From the IMG/VR virus record IMGVR_UViG_3300037249_001368, positions 64,001-128,000 of that record: a stretch of DNA of 64,000 nt; one strand, given 5' to 3'. Numbering within the stretch: the stretch's first letter is position 1; each line of letters opens with the position of its first letter. This document shows positions 1 to 10,600 of the stretch, piece after piece. Both the position numbers and the translations under genes were made by a program. The stretch is from a virus (Duplodnaviria > Caudoviricetes). The notes under the pieces were generated by a model, which was not told the origin of the DNA, searched no databases, and saw only the letters and a list, made by a program, of their open reading frames with translations.

Positions 1-1146
1 CAATATGATGATTCAGGTTATTACGAAACCTATGAGCAGTTCCGTATCAACATTGATAATTCGAGGAAGTTACACAGAAAGTACATTCACGAACTACCTG
101 ACTTCCCCGAGCCAATCATGCTCCGTCGTTATCTGAAAGAAATAAGCAATCCCGTGGACAGAGCAATGGCCACCCAAGTCATATCTCTGAAATCGCAATA
201 TTTCAGCTTTACATACAAACCGACTGGCGAAAAAGAGTTGATGACATTCCCTCAATTCTATGACCAGACCCTCGTAAGCGACAGAAATCAGTTCGAGCAA
301 CTCATAAATCCTCATTACAACGGCACATCATACGACACTGAGTTCAGTTCCATTCTTTCAAACAGCAACAACAATTATGACATAACGCTGTTTGACACAA
401 ACAAAATCTGGCAGATTGTGGCTGTCATGTGTAATGATATGACGTCACCTCACATGACACTCCATCAGTTACAGACATACCTCAGCGGTTTCAACTTTGA
501 GTTTTTCGCAAATTGGTTAAACAGCAACCTGTTACACATTTACGGGACAGAGGACAGCATTAAAATCAGGGTTATTGATATGGATGTTAACCTTGACCGT
601 GATAACAGAAGAATGTGGAGGTATTCAACATTCTACAAAAACTATCTGACCGAGTACCAAAACATGTTACAATTCCAAAACATCAGGTATTCAGACAGAT
701 TGGTCCTCTTCACAATCTTCAGCAAAAATTATGGCTATTACCTCGACGAGACGTACCAAGAATCATTGAAATATGACGTCGGTGCAACAGGCATTTGGGG
801 CGAGGTTCATAACTTGGTTTCGTCATTATTCACTGGCGAAGATTTGTCAGTGAAAGTTGAGTTTAATCAACAGTTGAATGTTGCCAAAGAACTCGTTGGT
901 CGTTTGTATTACGACAAAATGATAATAAATAACGAGAATAATAGATACTTAAAGAATCAGTCCATAAATGTACGACAATACATCAAGGAAATTTACCCAA
1001 AATACATCTTGGATAATTTCTACGACGTGGAGTCAGTTTTGGTCGACGGTTCAAGAGTGGACTTTGAATACAACAAATATGATTACAGCCTTAAACTCTA
1101 CACAGAGGAAGGAACTGAAGTCATGATAAATCTTGTCAGAATCTGA
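1..1146 (+). CDS. Hypothetical protein, 5'-truncated (probably virion-associated)
   Basis: Frame 1 is open from base 1 to TGA at 1144-1146. Asn/Tyr-rich; no recognisable motif. Confidence 0.75.
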   Translation, partial: QYDDSGYYETYEQFRINIDNSRKLHRKYIHELPDFPEPIMLRRYLKEISNPVDRAMATQVISLKSQYFSFTYKPTGEKELMTFPQFYDQTLVSDRNQFEQLINPHYNGTSYDTEFSSILSNSNNNYDITLFDTNKIWQIVAVMCNDMTSPHMTLHQLQTYLSGFNFEFFANWLNSNLLHIYGTEDSIKIRVIDMDVNLDRDNRRMWRYSTFYKNYLTEYQNMLQFQNIRYSDRLVLFTIFSKNYGYYLDETYQESLKYDVGATGIWGEVHNLVSSLFTGEDLSVKVEFNQQLNVAKELVGRLYYDKMIINNENNRYLKNQSINVRQYIKEIYPKYILDNFYDVESVLVDGSRVDFEYNKYDYSLKLYTEEGTEVMINLVRI

Positions 1147-1147
1147 G

Positions 1148-1172
1148 CACGAACGTCCGAAGGATGTGAGTG
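1148..1172 (+). repeat. Post-stop hairpin element, copy 1
   Basis: CAC GA ACGTCC GAA GGATGT GA GTG, 1 nt after the TGA stop; contains one G-T pair. Confidence 0.85.
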
Positions 1173-1189
1173 GTCGTAAAATCAGGAGC

Positions 1190-1531
1190 ATGAAAAGAAT
1201 ACCCGTAAATGCAGGAGAGTTAAACAACCTCCAAGGAAAGATAAACATGTATCTAAACTCAATCACCGAACGAGGCGCGGCTTTATCAGGTCAGGCTCAT
1301 TCGGATGGTTGTGTTTCAATCATAATTTCGGTATCAGGTATCCGTGGCGTCATCCAACGCACATTGGTTTTAATCAAAACCGAACAAACCGTCACCAAAG
1401 ACGGAATCACCGGTGCTGTTTGGCATGGTTACATGAACGGTGTCGGTTACGAACTCGCCACCCTGACCGAACTCAAAAACCTCATCGGTATCCAAACGAG
1501 AATGATGCGTAGCCTTGCTTTACAGCGTTGA
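1190..1531 (+). CDS. Hypothetical protein
   Basis: ORF 1133..1531; the ATG at 1190, downstream of the hairpin, is the likelier start. Confidence 0.7.
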   Translation: MKRIPVNAGELNNLQGKINMYLNSITERGAALSGQAHSDGCVSIIISVSGIRGVIQRTLVLIKTEQTVTKDGITGAVWHGYMNGVGYELATLTELKNLIGIQTRMMRSLALQR

Positions 1532-1556
1532 CACATTCTACTAAAATCATTAAGAG

Positions 1557-4500
1557 ATGCAAACACTACAAAAAGTCGAATTTGACAATCTAGCCACATT
1601 TCTGGCCACGATAAACAACAACTTTGCGATAATTCAGAACTCACCCCTGTTTAAGGGTGTTCCTGGTGAACAAGGTGAACAAGGTGAAACAGGTTCTCAA
1701 GGTGACCGTGGAACAAAGATTCTCCCTGTCATGTTTGATAAGTTCGTGGAAGTGTTTCCCGAATTACAAGGACAGTATGTTTCGGCGTTATCACCTGATT
1801 TCATCAACAGCAAGCTTCTGAATGACGACGAGAGCAATACGAACTTTAACCTCATTTGTGACGCTCTTGGTTTGGATGGAGATTCACTCATGGACGGTGA
1901 TATGCTTCTGTTTGCAACCGACTTAATGATTTATGCTTACGAAGCAAGCACCAATCAGTTGGTTGAAACAGGCATCAAGTTTGCGACAGATATCAACATT
2001 CAAGAAACTATCAACACCCTGATTGAGAACTCCATGCAGGAGTATTTGGAGCAACTGAACTCAATCAAGGTTTATCTGAAACAGTATACGACAATAGCAA
2101 GTAATGATGGCGCCACCGCAGCACCGACTGTCAGTAACGCCACGACATATTTTCCGTACATCCCGATTGGTAACATGCCCAGACAACTGGACGTGACCAA
2201 TCAGGATGTCCTTGCTATTAAGCATAAGTATTTCGGAATCGACGACGGTGAAACCAATCAGGAAAACGACTACTACACAGACAGCAGTTTTGGTGTAACA
2301 ACGGTTCTTGGTTCCATCCGCCAATACGTCAAGATTTTAAGAAATGGTACCAACCAAAACCTGTCAGGAAACATTGTGAATCCTACCAACAATCGTATGC
2401 CGTCGTTGGTTGTTATGCAAAACAGTTACGAGTCAGGCTTACTGATTGGCCACAAGAACGCTGAAAACATGTCACAATATACGGTAATGTATCGTGACAG
2501 CAACGGCAGTTTCCATATCAAGCGTGAGCACAAATGGAATCTTACTCAACAGGTGACTGAATTGGTGTTAGGTGCTGGTTTCGTGAATTGTAATAGTAAC
2601 TTCAGACTCACTGACCATGCCAACATGATTTCGGATTTCTTGACAAGTAACTATCTGCAATCAACTGTTGATTTTGGTTATGATACCAGCACATCAAAAA
2701 TCACATTCAAATCTCGTGTTCTTAATTACGCTCAGTTTACCGCTGGTAGAATCATGGAAACTGATAACCATAAGAACTTAACCACAAACAAGAGATTTGA
2801 CGTTGCTTTTGAAAGCACGCTGAACTCTTCAAATTATCAGACTAAACTGAATCAATATTTTGGTTACAACACTACAGGAACTCTGACTGATTCAGAAGCA
2901 ATAAACCTCATACCTTCCCAAAAGACAATTAAATACGTATACAAAGCCTTTGCTCATATTCTTGAAGATGTTTGGTACAAACCCGAGTACTACATTTTGA
3001 CACCAGGCTTCCAAACATTTGATAGACCGATAACCATCGACAGAATACCTTCAATGAAACTCTATAAGGATTTCATTGTTGGTTCTGACTATTTGGATGG
3101 TTATATGTACCAGTTAGAAGACCAACAAGAAGAACCTGAACAGCAAGAACGCGGTGGTGACGAAACTGGTGACGAGGGTAGGGGTATCGCCAAAACAAAG
3201 AAAACCTTCTCTCACCCGTTGGAGATTCATCTCATTAACATCGGGGCATACAACATCGGTTATGACGTAATGTTCATAGGCAGATATAATCAGGAAGGAA
3301 AACGACTCTATTCCCGATTAGACCTGCACATGGATTGGCATCAACTGATTTTGGACAAGATGGCTAAGCGTTCAGTGCTTACGGTTGGTGACAATCACAT
3401 TCTTGACGAAGATTTCCAATACGCAGATTGGACGGATTCCAAAAACGATTTCGAGTATCTTGTTCAGCAAGATGTCCACAACTGGTGGTTGAAGGACGAA
3501 AACTTTGATTTCAGGAAATACTCCAACCGCTATTGGAACGACCACACTAATTACCAAAGGGAAGGTTTCTCAGGAATCAATAACATGGGAACCGACGACC
3601 TGACACGCAGGAAGAGATTCTTGACAGGTCGTCATTTCAGGGTTATCATGGTGATTTTCAACGAGATATCCTATTGGTTCAGATATCTGCTAAATGTTCA
3701 ACAGGAAATGAACCAAACAATGCAAGAAGATTTGGTTCCTGAAGGAGCAGTGATTGCTTACAATCCTCCAATCAATATCAAGGACGGACGTGATTACAAA
3801 TACTTTACCTTGCCCGATGGATGGGTGCCGTGTTTGGGTGGTGAACTTCTCGAAAGCACGACAGCCAACCCGAGTTCTGAATCAGCCGTTGTTTGTAAGT
3901 ACGCGGTCCCCGATATGAGATGTCGCTCAATCATTGGTTATGATTGGGACCTTAATCAGTTATACAATCCTGCTGGTGACTTCTACACCAAGGCACATAT
4001 GCAACAGGGTGAAGTAGCAACATGGCACAGAACACAAGCATCAGATGGTTCTACTTTACCGTCTCTGTTATCAGCAACTAATTATTTGTCAAGAGAAGAC
4101 CCGTGGACACAACAGCACAACGCTCATAACATAGCCCTCGGTGGAACTGAGGTTGATGCCAAACTCGGTGATTATTCGAGAGAGGACGCTGAATTTAGAT
4201 TGGGTGAGAGAGATTATTTGCTTGCATATTACTCAGGCAAGGAACAAGAGATTTACGCAACATTCAATAAGTTCGCTCACATGCACCCCTTCGTGCGACT
4301 GGTCTACATTCAGAAAGCCGTCAAACCGAAGGCATCACCCAATAACTACATTTGGTATCATCTGACCGTAGGTAAGAAAGATGTGTATATCCCGATTTAC
4401 TGGCCCGATTCTAAACCATCAGTGCTCGAAGTCTATGACGCCCAGATTTATTATGGAACGGGCGGTGGAAGTGGTAGCGGAACCCACAGTATTATCGACA

Positions 4501-4736
4501 GTTACACTTCATCACAAACCCAAGATGATTCCAACAGCTCAGGAAGCAACTCCAATAACTCCTCAGCAAACAAACCTGACGAGAAACCCGATGAAAAACC
4601 TGACAGTGGTTCAAGCACCAGCATTGGAACGAGCTCAGGCAACTCGGGAAACAGTGAAAATAGTTCAGGGAGCTCAGGAAGTAGCTCAAGTTCAGCATCC
4701 GAAGACTCAGGTAACGGGGATTCAGGTAGGGTTTAA
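1557..4736 (+). CDS. Tail fibre/collar-domain structural protein
   Basis: Short collagen-like GXY run (GVPGEQGEQGETGSQGDRG), tail-collar signature (PEGAVIAY...LPDGWVPCLG...VPDMRCRSIIG) and a Ser/Gly-rich C-terminus. Confidence 0.65.
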   Translation: MQTLQKVEFDNLATFLATINNNFAIIQNSPLFKGVPGEQGEQGETGSQGDRGTKILPVMFDKFVEVFPELQGQYVSALSPDFINSKLLNDDESNTNFNLICDALGLDGDSLMDGDMLLFATDLMIYAYEASTNQLVETGIKFATDINIQETINTLIENSMQEYLEQLNSIKVYLKQYTTIASNDGATAAPTVSNATTYFPYIPIGNMPRQLDVTNQDVLAIKHKYFGIDDGETNQENDYYTDSSFGVTTVLGSIRQYVKILRNGTNQNLSGNIVNPTNNRMPSLVVMQNSYESGLLIGHKNAENMSQYTVMYRDSNGSFHIKREHKWNLTQQVTELVLGAGFVNCNSNFRLTDHANMISDFLTSNYLQSTVDFGYDTSTSKITFKSRVLNYAQFTAGRIMETDNHKNLTTNKRFDVAFESTLNSSNYQTKLNQYFGYNTTGTLTDSEAINLIPSQKTIKYVYKAFAHILEDVWYKPEYYILTPGFQTFDRPITIDRIPSMKLYKDFIVGSDYLDGYMYQLEDQQEEPEQQERGGDETGDEGRGIAKTKKTFSHPLEIHLINIGAYNIGYDVMFIGRYNQEGKRLYSRLDLHMDWHQLILDKMAKRSVLTVGDNHILDEDFQYADWTDSKNDFEYLVQQDVHNWWLKDENFDFRKYSNRYWNDHTNYQREGFSGINNMGTDDLTRRKRFLTGRHFRVIMVIFNEISYWFRYLLNVQQEMNQTMQEDLVPEGAVIAYNPPINIKDGRDYKYFTLPDGWVPCLGGELLESTTANPSSESAVVCKYAVPDMRCRSIIGYDWDLNQLYNPAGDFYTKAHMQQGEVATWHRTQASDGSTLPSLLSATNYLSREDPWTQQHNAHNIALGGTEVDAKLGDYSREDAEFRLGERDYLLAYYSGKEQEIYATFNKFAHMHPFVRLVYIQKAVKPKASPNNYIWYHLTVGKKDVYIPIYWPDSKPSVLEVYDAQIYYGTGGGSGSGTHSIIDSYTSSQTQDDSNSSGSNSNNSSANKPDEKPDEKPDSGSSTSIGTSSGNSGNSENSSGSSGSSSSSASEDSGNGDSGRV

Positions 4737-4750
4737 CCAACCTGAACCCC
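4716..4750 (+). terminator. Stem-loop overlapping the stop codon, possible terminator
   Basis: GGGGATTCAGGT...ACCTGAACCCC inverted repeat; only a weak T-tract follows. Confidence 0.4.
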
Positions 4751-4811
4751 AAATTTCCTGTTCTTTGCCTTATAATTTCAAATATATAAAAAAGAGCCAA
4801 GTCGCCCTTAT

Positions 4812-4908
4812 ATAACTTATTGATTATCAAGTAGTTATGAATTTAACACTATTTTCAAGGAGTTAAATGGATTTAGCGTTTGTAACTAATTGATTATCAA
4901 GCGTCTAC
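4812..4908. promoter_or_regulatory. Array of imperfect palindromes (TAACTnnTTGATTATCAAnnAGTTA-like)
   Basis: ATAACTTATTGATTATCAAGTAGTTAT at 4812-4838, GTAACTAATTGATTATCAAGCGTCTAC at 4882-4908, and a degenerate copy at 4841-4868. Confidence 0.6.
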
Positions 4909-5043
4909 GAAACGCTGATTTGACATGGGCTGATGCTTTTTAATGAAAATCCTATATAAGTAGTATACCGTTCGTATCGCCCTTTCATCAATCCGCGTTG
5001 AAAATAGCTCAAAATTCGGACTAATTCTTAAGTTCACCGATAA

Positions 5044-6813
5044 ATGGTTGTCACAGGCAATATAACAATTTATATCAAGGACAAGTTTGAAGATTTGTCC
5101 TTGCTTGAAGTGGAACTCACCCAACCAGAAAAAATCGAGGGGAGGGACGCTTTCACCGTTTTGTATGCTTATTCAGTTGACGGAACCAACTTTTCGGAAT
5201 ATTTACCGAAAGATGATATCCAAGCAGAGATTGATGAATTATCGTTGACGGAATTTTACATTTCTCTGAAAGTAAACAAGAACATCTTGCAAACCCACGA
5301 CGTCACCACAATTTATAAGCACGAAGACACCCTCGGAGAACGCAAACCAGACGTCAATACTGAAATCACGATAAAATACAACGGCGAGGAAGTCACAGAC
5401 CTTAAAGTCTCCTCTCTTGACGAACTAATTTCCCAGTACCCACTTTGGAATCTGAATAATAACCAAGATATAACCGTTCAGAGATGGATTGCCCAATGCA
5501 ACGCTTTTGCTGAAATGTATGGTCACTATGTGATTTATTTCAAGACACAACCAACAGAAGTGATTCATACACTGAAACATTACCACAAACGGGAAGTCGT
5601 CGACATCAAAAAGATACCACTCGTCCTCCACGGAAACGAGATTGGGAATGTTGATAAACTTGTTTATTCTGATTGGGACCTGCCACTTCAAGATGATTTC
5701 ATGGTTGATATTGTTTGGGATAAGTTCCAAACCGCATTTGGAGCAGGAACTATCCCCGCAGAAAAAGACTACATTTATTTCCCAATGCTGAACCGAATGT
5801 TTCGTATTGGTGTAGTTCAACCAGTGAATAAGTTCATGGGCAAAGTTGCTTGGTTCGAGGCTCAGTTGCTGAAATACGAGGAAGACGAAGACGTCTCAAT
5901 CAATCAGTCATTGGTTGATGATATGTCAGAAATACCCGATTTTCATGAAGCATTAAACATGGCCACAGCCGGTGATTTGCTTGATATAACTGGAACAGAT
6001 TACATTGAACAGAATCAAGGCACACCTATTGAGCAAGTCACCGAACATATTCAAACAGACTTAAACACATCAGAACGCATAGAGCAAAAGACAGTTATCG
6101 AGAAGCGTCACGCAACCGAAAACTATTCAAACAAATTGGTCGATTCCACCTCTTATATTTCATTGAAAGAGTCAGAAAAGTATCGTGAGTTTTTCGAGAA
6201 ACGTCTCGCAATCGTGAATGTGAAACCTGACGAGGAAACTTTCCTCGTCTCGATGTATGACAACAGCAAGGTGGAAAATAATGTTGTTGCCCTGCAATAC
6301 AGGATAGCCGACTTTACCAGTGTTTCTAAATTCAGTAACAACGTCAAAGAAAGTTATGAACTGAGTTTCGATTTTGTGCTGATGAAAAAGTTTGGTTCCA
6401 GTCTTATTTCTTTGATAGACGCATCGTCAGAAACTCCTGTAATCATTAACACTGTTTACACCGAGCGTGGAACTTATCCTAAACTGACATTCAGAAATGA
6501 CATCGGTCCTGAACAAGAGTCATTGACAATCAGTCACGAAATCAAAGAAAAAGAGTTATACAACCTGAGCATCAAATATGATTTACCAAACCAGCAATAC
6601 ATTTTTAAGTTGTATACCCTCCATAACAAAAAGAAGACTCCTGTCTATGAAAATATTCTGATTATTGAAAACCAACCACAAATAAATATAACAAATATAC
6701 ACCTTTTCGGAGGCAAGTTCCTGTCCTCAACGATAAAACTAATGATTGATGACAAGGAAATATTCAATGACATCTGCAGCCCTGTGCTGGTGATGAACAA
6801 CGATATCCGATAG
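5044..6813 (+). CDS. Neck/head-closure protein with a T4 gp14-like domain
   Basis: EMYGHYVIYF and PAEKDYIYFPMLNRMFRI resemble T4 gp14 PKEGDLIYFPMDNSLFEI; extra N- and C-terminal domains. Confidence 0.65.
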   Translation: MVVTGNITIYIKDKFEDLSLLEVELTQPEKIEGRDAFTVLYAYSVDGTNFSEYLPKDDIQAEIDELSLTEFYISLKVNKNILQTHDVTTIYKHEDTLGERKPDVNTEITIKYNGEEVTDLKVSSLDELISQYPLWNLNNNQDITVQRWIAQCNAFAEMYGHYVIYFKTQPTEVIHTLKHYHKREVVDIKKIPLVLHGNEIGNVDKLVYSDWDLPLQDDFMVDIVWDKFQTAFGAGTIPAEKDYIYFPMLNRMFRIGVVQPVNKFMGKVAWFEAQLLKYEEDEDVSINQSLVDDMSEIPDFHEALNMATAGDLLDITGTDYIEQNQGTPIEQVTEHIQTDLNTSERIEQKTVIEKRHATENYSNKLVDSTSYISLKESEKYREFFEKRLAIVNVKPDEETFLVSMYDNSKVENNVVALQYRIADFTSVSKFSNNVKESYELSFDFVLMKKFGSSLISLIDASSETPVIINTVYTERGTYPKLTFRNDIGPEQESLTISHEIKEKELYNLSIKYDLPNQQYIFKLYTLHNKKKTPVYENILIIENQPQINITNIHLFGGKFLSSTIKLMIDDKEIFNDICSPVLVMNNDIR

Positions 6814-6840
6814 CACGAACATCTGAAAAATGTGTTGCTA
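6811..6840 (+). repeat. Post-stop hairpin element, copy 2 (degenerate)
   Basis: TAGCAC GA ACATCT GAA AAATGT GT TGCTA; the TAG stop is in the base of the stem (TAGCA/TGCTA). Confidence 0.7.
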
Positions 6841-6888
6841 GTAACAAGGTGATTACAATTCCAAATAATTCTGAAAAGCTGATTTAAC

Positions 6889-7539
6889 ATGGACGAAAAC
6901 AAAGATTTCATTCCTGAAAACAATTCTGATTATGATGAGGTGATACAACTCACCGAATACACTGGTGCTGGTGCAATGCCAACATTCGGTGGTGGAGCTG
7001 ATTTTGGTGCAATTGCTCAGTACGACCAAATCGACGTCGGTAATCTAGAAACCAAGTACAAAGGTCTGGCTAAGAACTTCACTGATAAAGTGAAGACTTT
7101 TGTCATGACCATGAACGACGAGGAACTGACACAGGAACATAAAGACTATATGGAAGCTGTGGCAGAAATCCAAATGTCGTCGTTAGCCGACTTGTTATAT
7201 CTCTGTGCTATTAACAAACAGATGATTAACAATGTCGTCAACAGAATTAATGCGACGATGGTTGAAGATTACGCAATCATTCAATCATACACCAGTCTTG
7301 TGAAACAACACATGATGCTGATTAAGGATTTGATGACACACTTTAAGTCAATCCCTGGTATCATGAAACGCTTAAAGACTGAAGTAATCACCGACCAGTT
7401 GCTTCCTGAAGGTCACGACGGAGAGAATTTACCAGCAGCAGAATCATTCATGAAGACTGAGGAAAACGAGTTCAACAACAGAAAGGATATGTTGCGAAAA
7501 CTCGCTGCTGAAATCAAAGAAGAGCAGACAAATTCTTGA
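6889..7539 (+). CDS. Hypothetical helical protein
   Basis: 216-aa ORF between the neck and sheath genes; no motif recognised. Confidence 0.75.
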   Translation: MDENKDFIPENNSDYDEVIQLTEYTGAGAMPTFGGGADFGAIAQYDQIDVGNLETKYKGLAKNFTDKVKTFVMTMNDEELTQEHKDYMEAVAEIQMSSLADLLYLCAINKQMINNVVNRINATMVEDYAIIQSYTSLVKQHMMLIKDLMTHFKSIPGIMKRLKTEVITDQLLPEGHDGENLPAAESFMKTEENEFNNRKDMLRKLAAEIKEEQTNS

Positions 7540-7556
7540 ATTTCATAATCGGAATA

Positions 7557-7564
7557 TATAAATA
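7557..7564 (+). promoter_or_regulatory. T4-type late promoter TATAAATA
   Basis: Exact T4 late -10 box about 50 nt upstream of the sheath gene; a gp55-like sigma is encoded in this window. Confidence 0.6.
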
Positions 7565-7614
7565 CGAAGAAACATAATTTTCAACCTTAGTATAAACATC
7601 AACAACTTTTGAAA

Positions 7615-10600
7615 ATGGATATTCGTTTAAGACAAATAGTCTCAAAAGCTGCAGGTATCTATTTCATAGTCACCGACAATTCGCAGGTCAACGCGATTGA
7701 GGAAGAGAGCCGCCTCCGTGTGGTCTTCATCAACGCTCCTAAGGGACCGGTGAACTGCTTGGTGAAATTTGCGAAGGGCGATACCTCGTCGTTTACTACC
7801 ATTTTCGGCAAAGCCAATCGTAGTAAAGAAAAGAAGGGTGACTTCGGTCACAAAGTTTGCTTAGATGCTCTGTCCTCAGGCCCGCTCGGCGTTATCAATT
7901 TGAGAGTTTTTGATGATGAACAGGATACGACTCAGGTCGCTACCATCAATCCTAACACCTGCTTCGACAGTGGCGTGAGGGTTGACAAAGTCCCGTATTC
8001 ATCGCTCTTCAACAAAAACGGCTATTGGACTCCTGACAGAGACATCTTAACAGAGAAGTATTACGAAAACGATGGTTACCTGAACTTCGGTAATGTCGGC
8101 AACAGTGACGTCTCTGTATTCGTCGTCAAAGCCAAGGAAAGCGAGGTTTCTCAGCTCACCGAAGAGTACAACAAGACTCTTGAAGAGTGCGCCCTCGAAA
8201 TCGACGACTATCCGAATCTTGACTTCAACACACGCCTGTCTGACACTTTCGTCAAGGTGTATGTGTTCAACAACACTTTTGAAGGAGCACATCTGAACGC
8301 CACCTACGGTCAGTACTTCGAGTCCGATGACAGCATCACACAAGAAAACCTCGAGGCTCTGACGAAAGTCGCCGGCGTTGGTTTCATTGACTCTTACGTT
8401 GGTTCGGTGATTCCTGGTTTGGTTTCTGAAACCAGCGAAAACTTGAGCATCGACGATATCATGTATGCTAACTACATTTACACTGGTATCATCTGCGACA
8501 TCAACAACGAGTTGCTCGAAGCCACCAACACCAAGGACTTCTCGATGATTGACCTTTACGGTTTCAATTCCATGTTCGAGGAAGGTGAGTTCAAAACCAT
8601 CAGCAATTTGATGTCTTACAAAGACAACAAGTTGACCTTCGACAAAGACAGTGTGGTTCCGAAACAACCCACCAACTTGGATGAGAACAAAGCCATCACT
8701 TGCAAAAATGCTCTGAAGTACGGTGTGTTTGAGGACACCAGTCTCACAAACAACACCTTCAAGACCAACACGGGCACGGGTATCCGCTTCGATGACCTCA
8801 TCATCGGTGAGGACAGACTCCTTCACATCACCGACATCGAACTCGACGAGCCCATCAGTGAGGCAAAGACTTACGACATTTTCGCCTCGACTGGTGAAGG
8901 CCGTGACGTGACGAAAGCCATTGTGGTTGACACACAGGGTGGTGTCTTCTACAACATCAACGGTTATAAGTGGGAAACCTCAACCGACGGCGTCAACTGG
9001 AAGATTATCGACCTCGACTTCTTCCATACTCCGACTGGTAAGGTTCTGACCTACGAAAACAACTTCGGAAACGCTGTCACCTACGGCACTGCAGTTTACG
9101 CTGTTGCTTACTGCTCTGATGAATCAGTCAATTATCTCGTGAAGTATCAATCAGGTGAAATCACCATGAAGAAACTCGGTACGACTGGTACATCTGACGT
9201 CAACATCGTGGTCAATGGTAACATCTTCGTTGTTTACGGTGGTCTTGGTGTCATGTATTCTACTGATGGTGAGAACTGGTTCGCCGCTGCTGACCAACAC
9301 CTGAACTACATCACCAGTGGCTTCGGTACTCAGTACAGATTCTTCGCCTACTGCAATCCTGGTTCCTTCACCGACGGCTTCGCCGAAGGTTTTGAAGAGG
9401 GTGACTTCTTACTGAAGTATTCCAGCGATGGTCAGAACTGGCAAGAGCTCGGATGCAACTATACGTCTTTGACTGGTTTGGACATCACCAAAAACAAGAA
9501 CCTCATCCTTTGGGACGACGTGAATGTTTATATGTTCACCACCGGTAAAGCTTACTACATCGCAAAGACCGACCTCGGTAATGCCGAAAAGAGCTTCACC
9601 GAAAAGACCGTCGAAGTTGCAAGCACCGCTTTCTATCCGACAATCGTGAAAGAAACCCAAGCCAATACAGTCTTCGCTATCGCCGGCGGTGCTACCAAGC
9701 AAATCACCTTCAGCAAGGGTGAGACTCCCGCTTTCACCGCTGAAGCAATTTCAGGTATGAACAACGCCACGAGATTGTACTTTGCAAAGAACAACAAGTT
9801 GGCTTTCTTCGTTGGCGGAGATTCCGATACCAACATCTACCAAACTTGGGATGCTACTAACGTGGGTGAAGGCAACTTCACTATGCCTTACATCCTTGAG
9901 TATCAAACGGCTACTTATACCGTCGACGGTAAACTCTATGTTGGTGGTGAAACCAATGCCAAGTATATCATCAAGGTTAATCCTTACGTGAATCAACCGA
10001 GCGCAATCCTGAACAACAACGTCATTCAGTCGTACAAACTGAGCGAGCGTCAGTTCATCAACGGTACCTCCTCACGTCAGAGCGAAATCCTTGACATGAT
10101 TATGGACCCGTCCATCCGTAAGGGTTTGAAGAACACCCGTGGCTTGCGTTACCTGATTGACGCCTTCAAGTCGTACGTGGAACCTGATTACAAGAAGCAG
10201 TTCAGTGACCTCGTTCTTGACTTGCATGAGAACAACAGATTCGTGACTTGTATCATGACTGAGCCTTTCATGAAGGACATCAAGAAATCGACCAACCCGC
10301 TGTTCAAGGACACTCCGTCATCCGACGTTGTCAACTACGAGTATTTCGCCACCGGCGGTAACAAACAATACTCAACCAAGCTATTGAGCAAAGTTGACAA
10401 TCAGTTCCTGTTCTTCTTCGGTCCTGGTGACGTTGAGAACGGTGTCGTGAAACCTTTGACTGGTTTGATTTCAAACAACTTCTACACCAAGCAGAATCAG
10501 TTTGACATCATCGCCAATACCACTGGTTACGTCCAAGGCATCAACGAACTTGAGGAGCAAATCGACGACAACGACCGTAAGTACCTCGAAAAGTTCCGTT

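Noticed and set aside
6889-7539. Small terminase assignment by position
   Set aside because: Supported only by weak synteny; no recognisable motif and no large terminase nearby.
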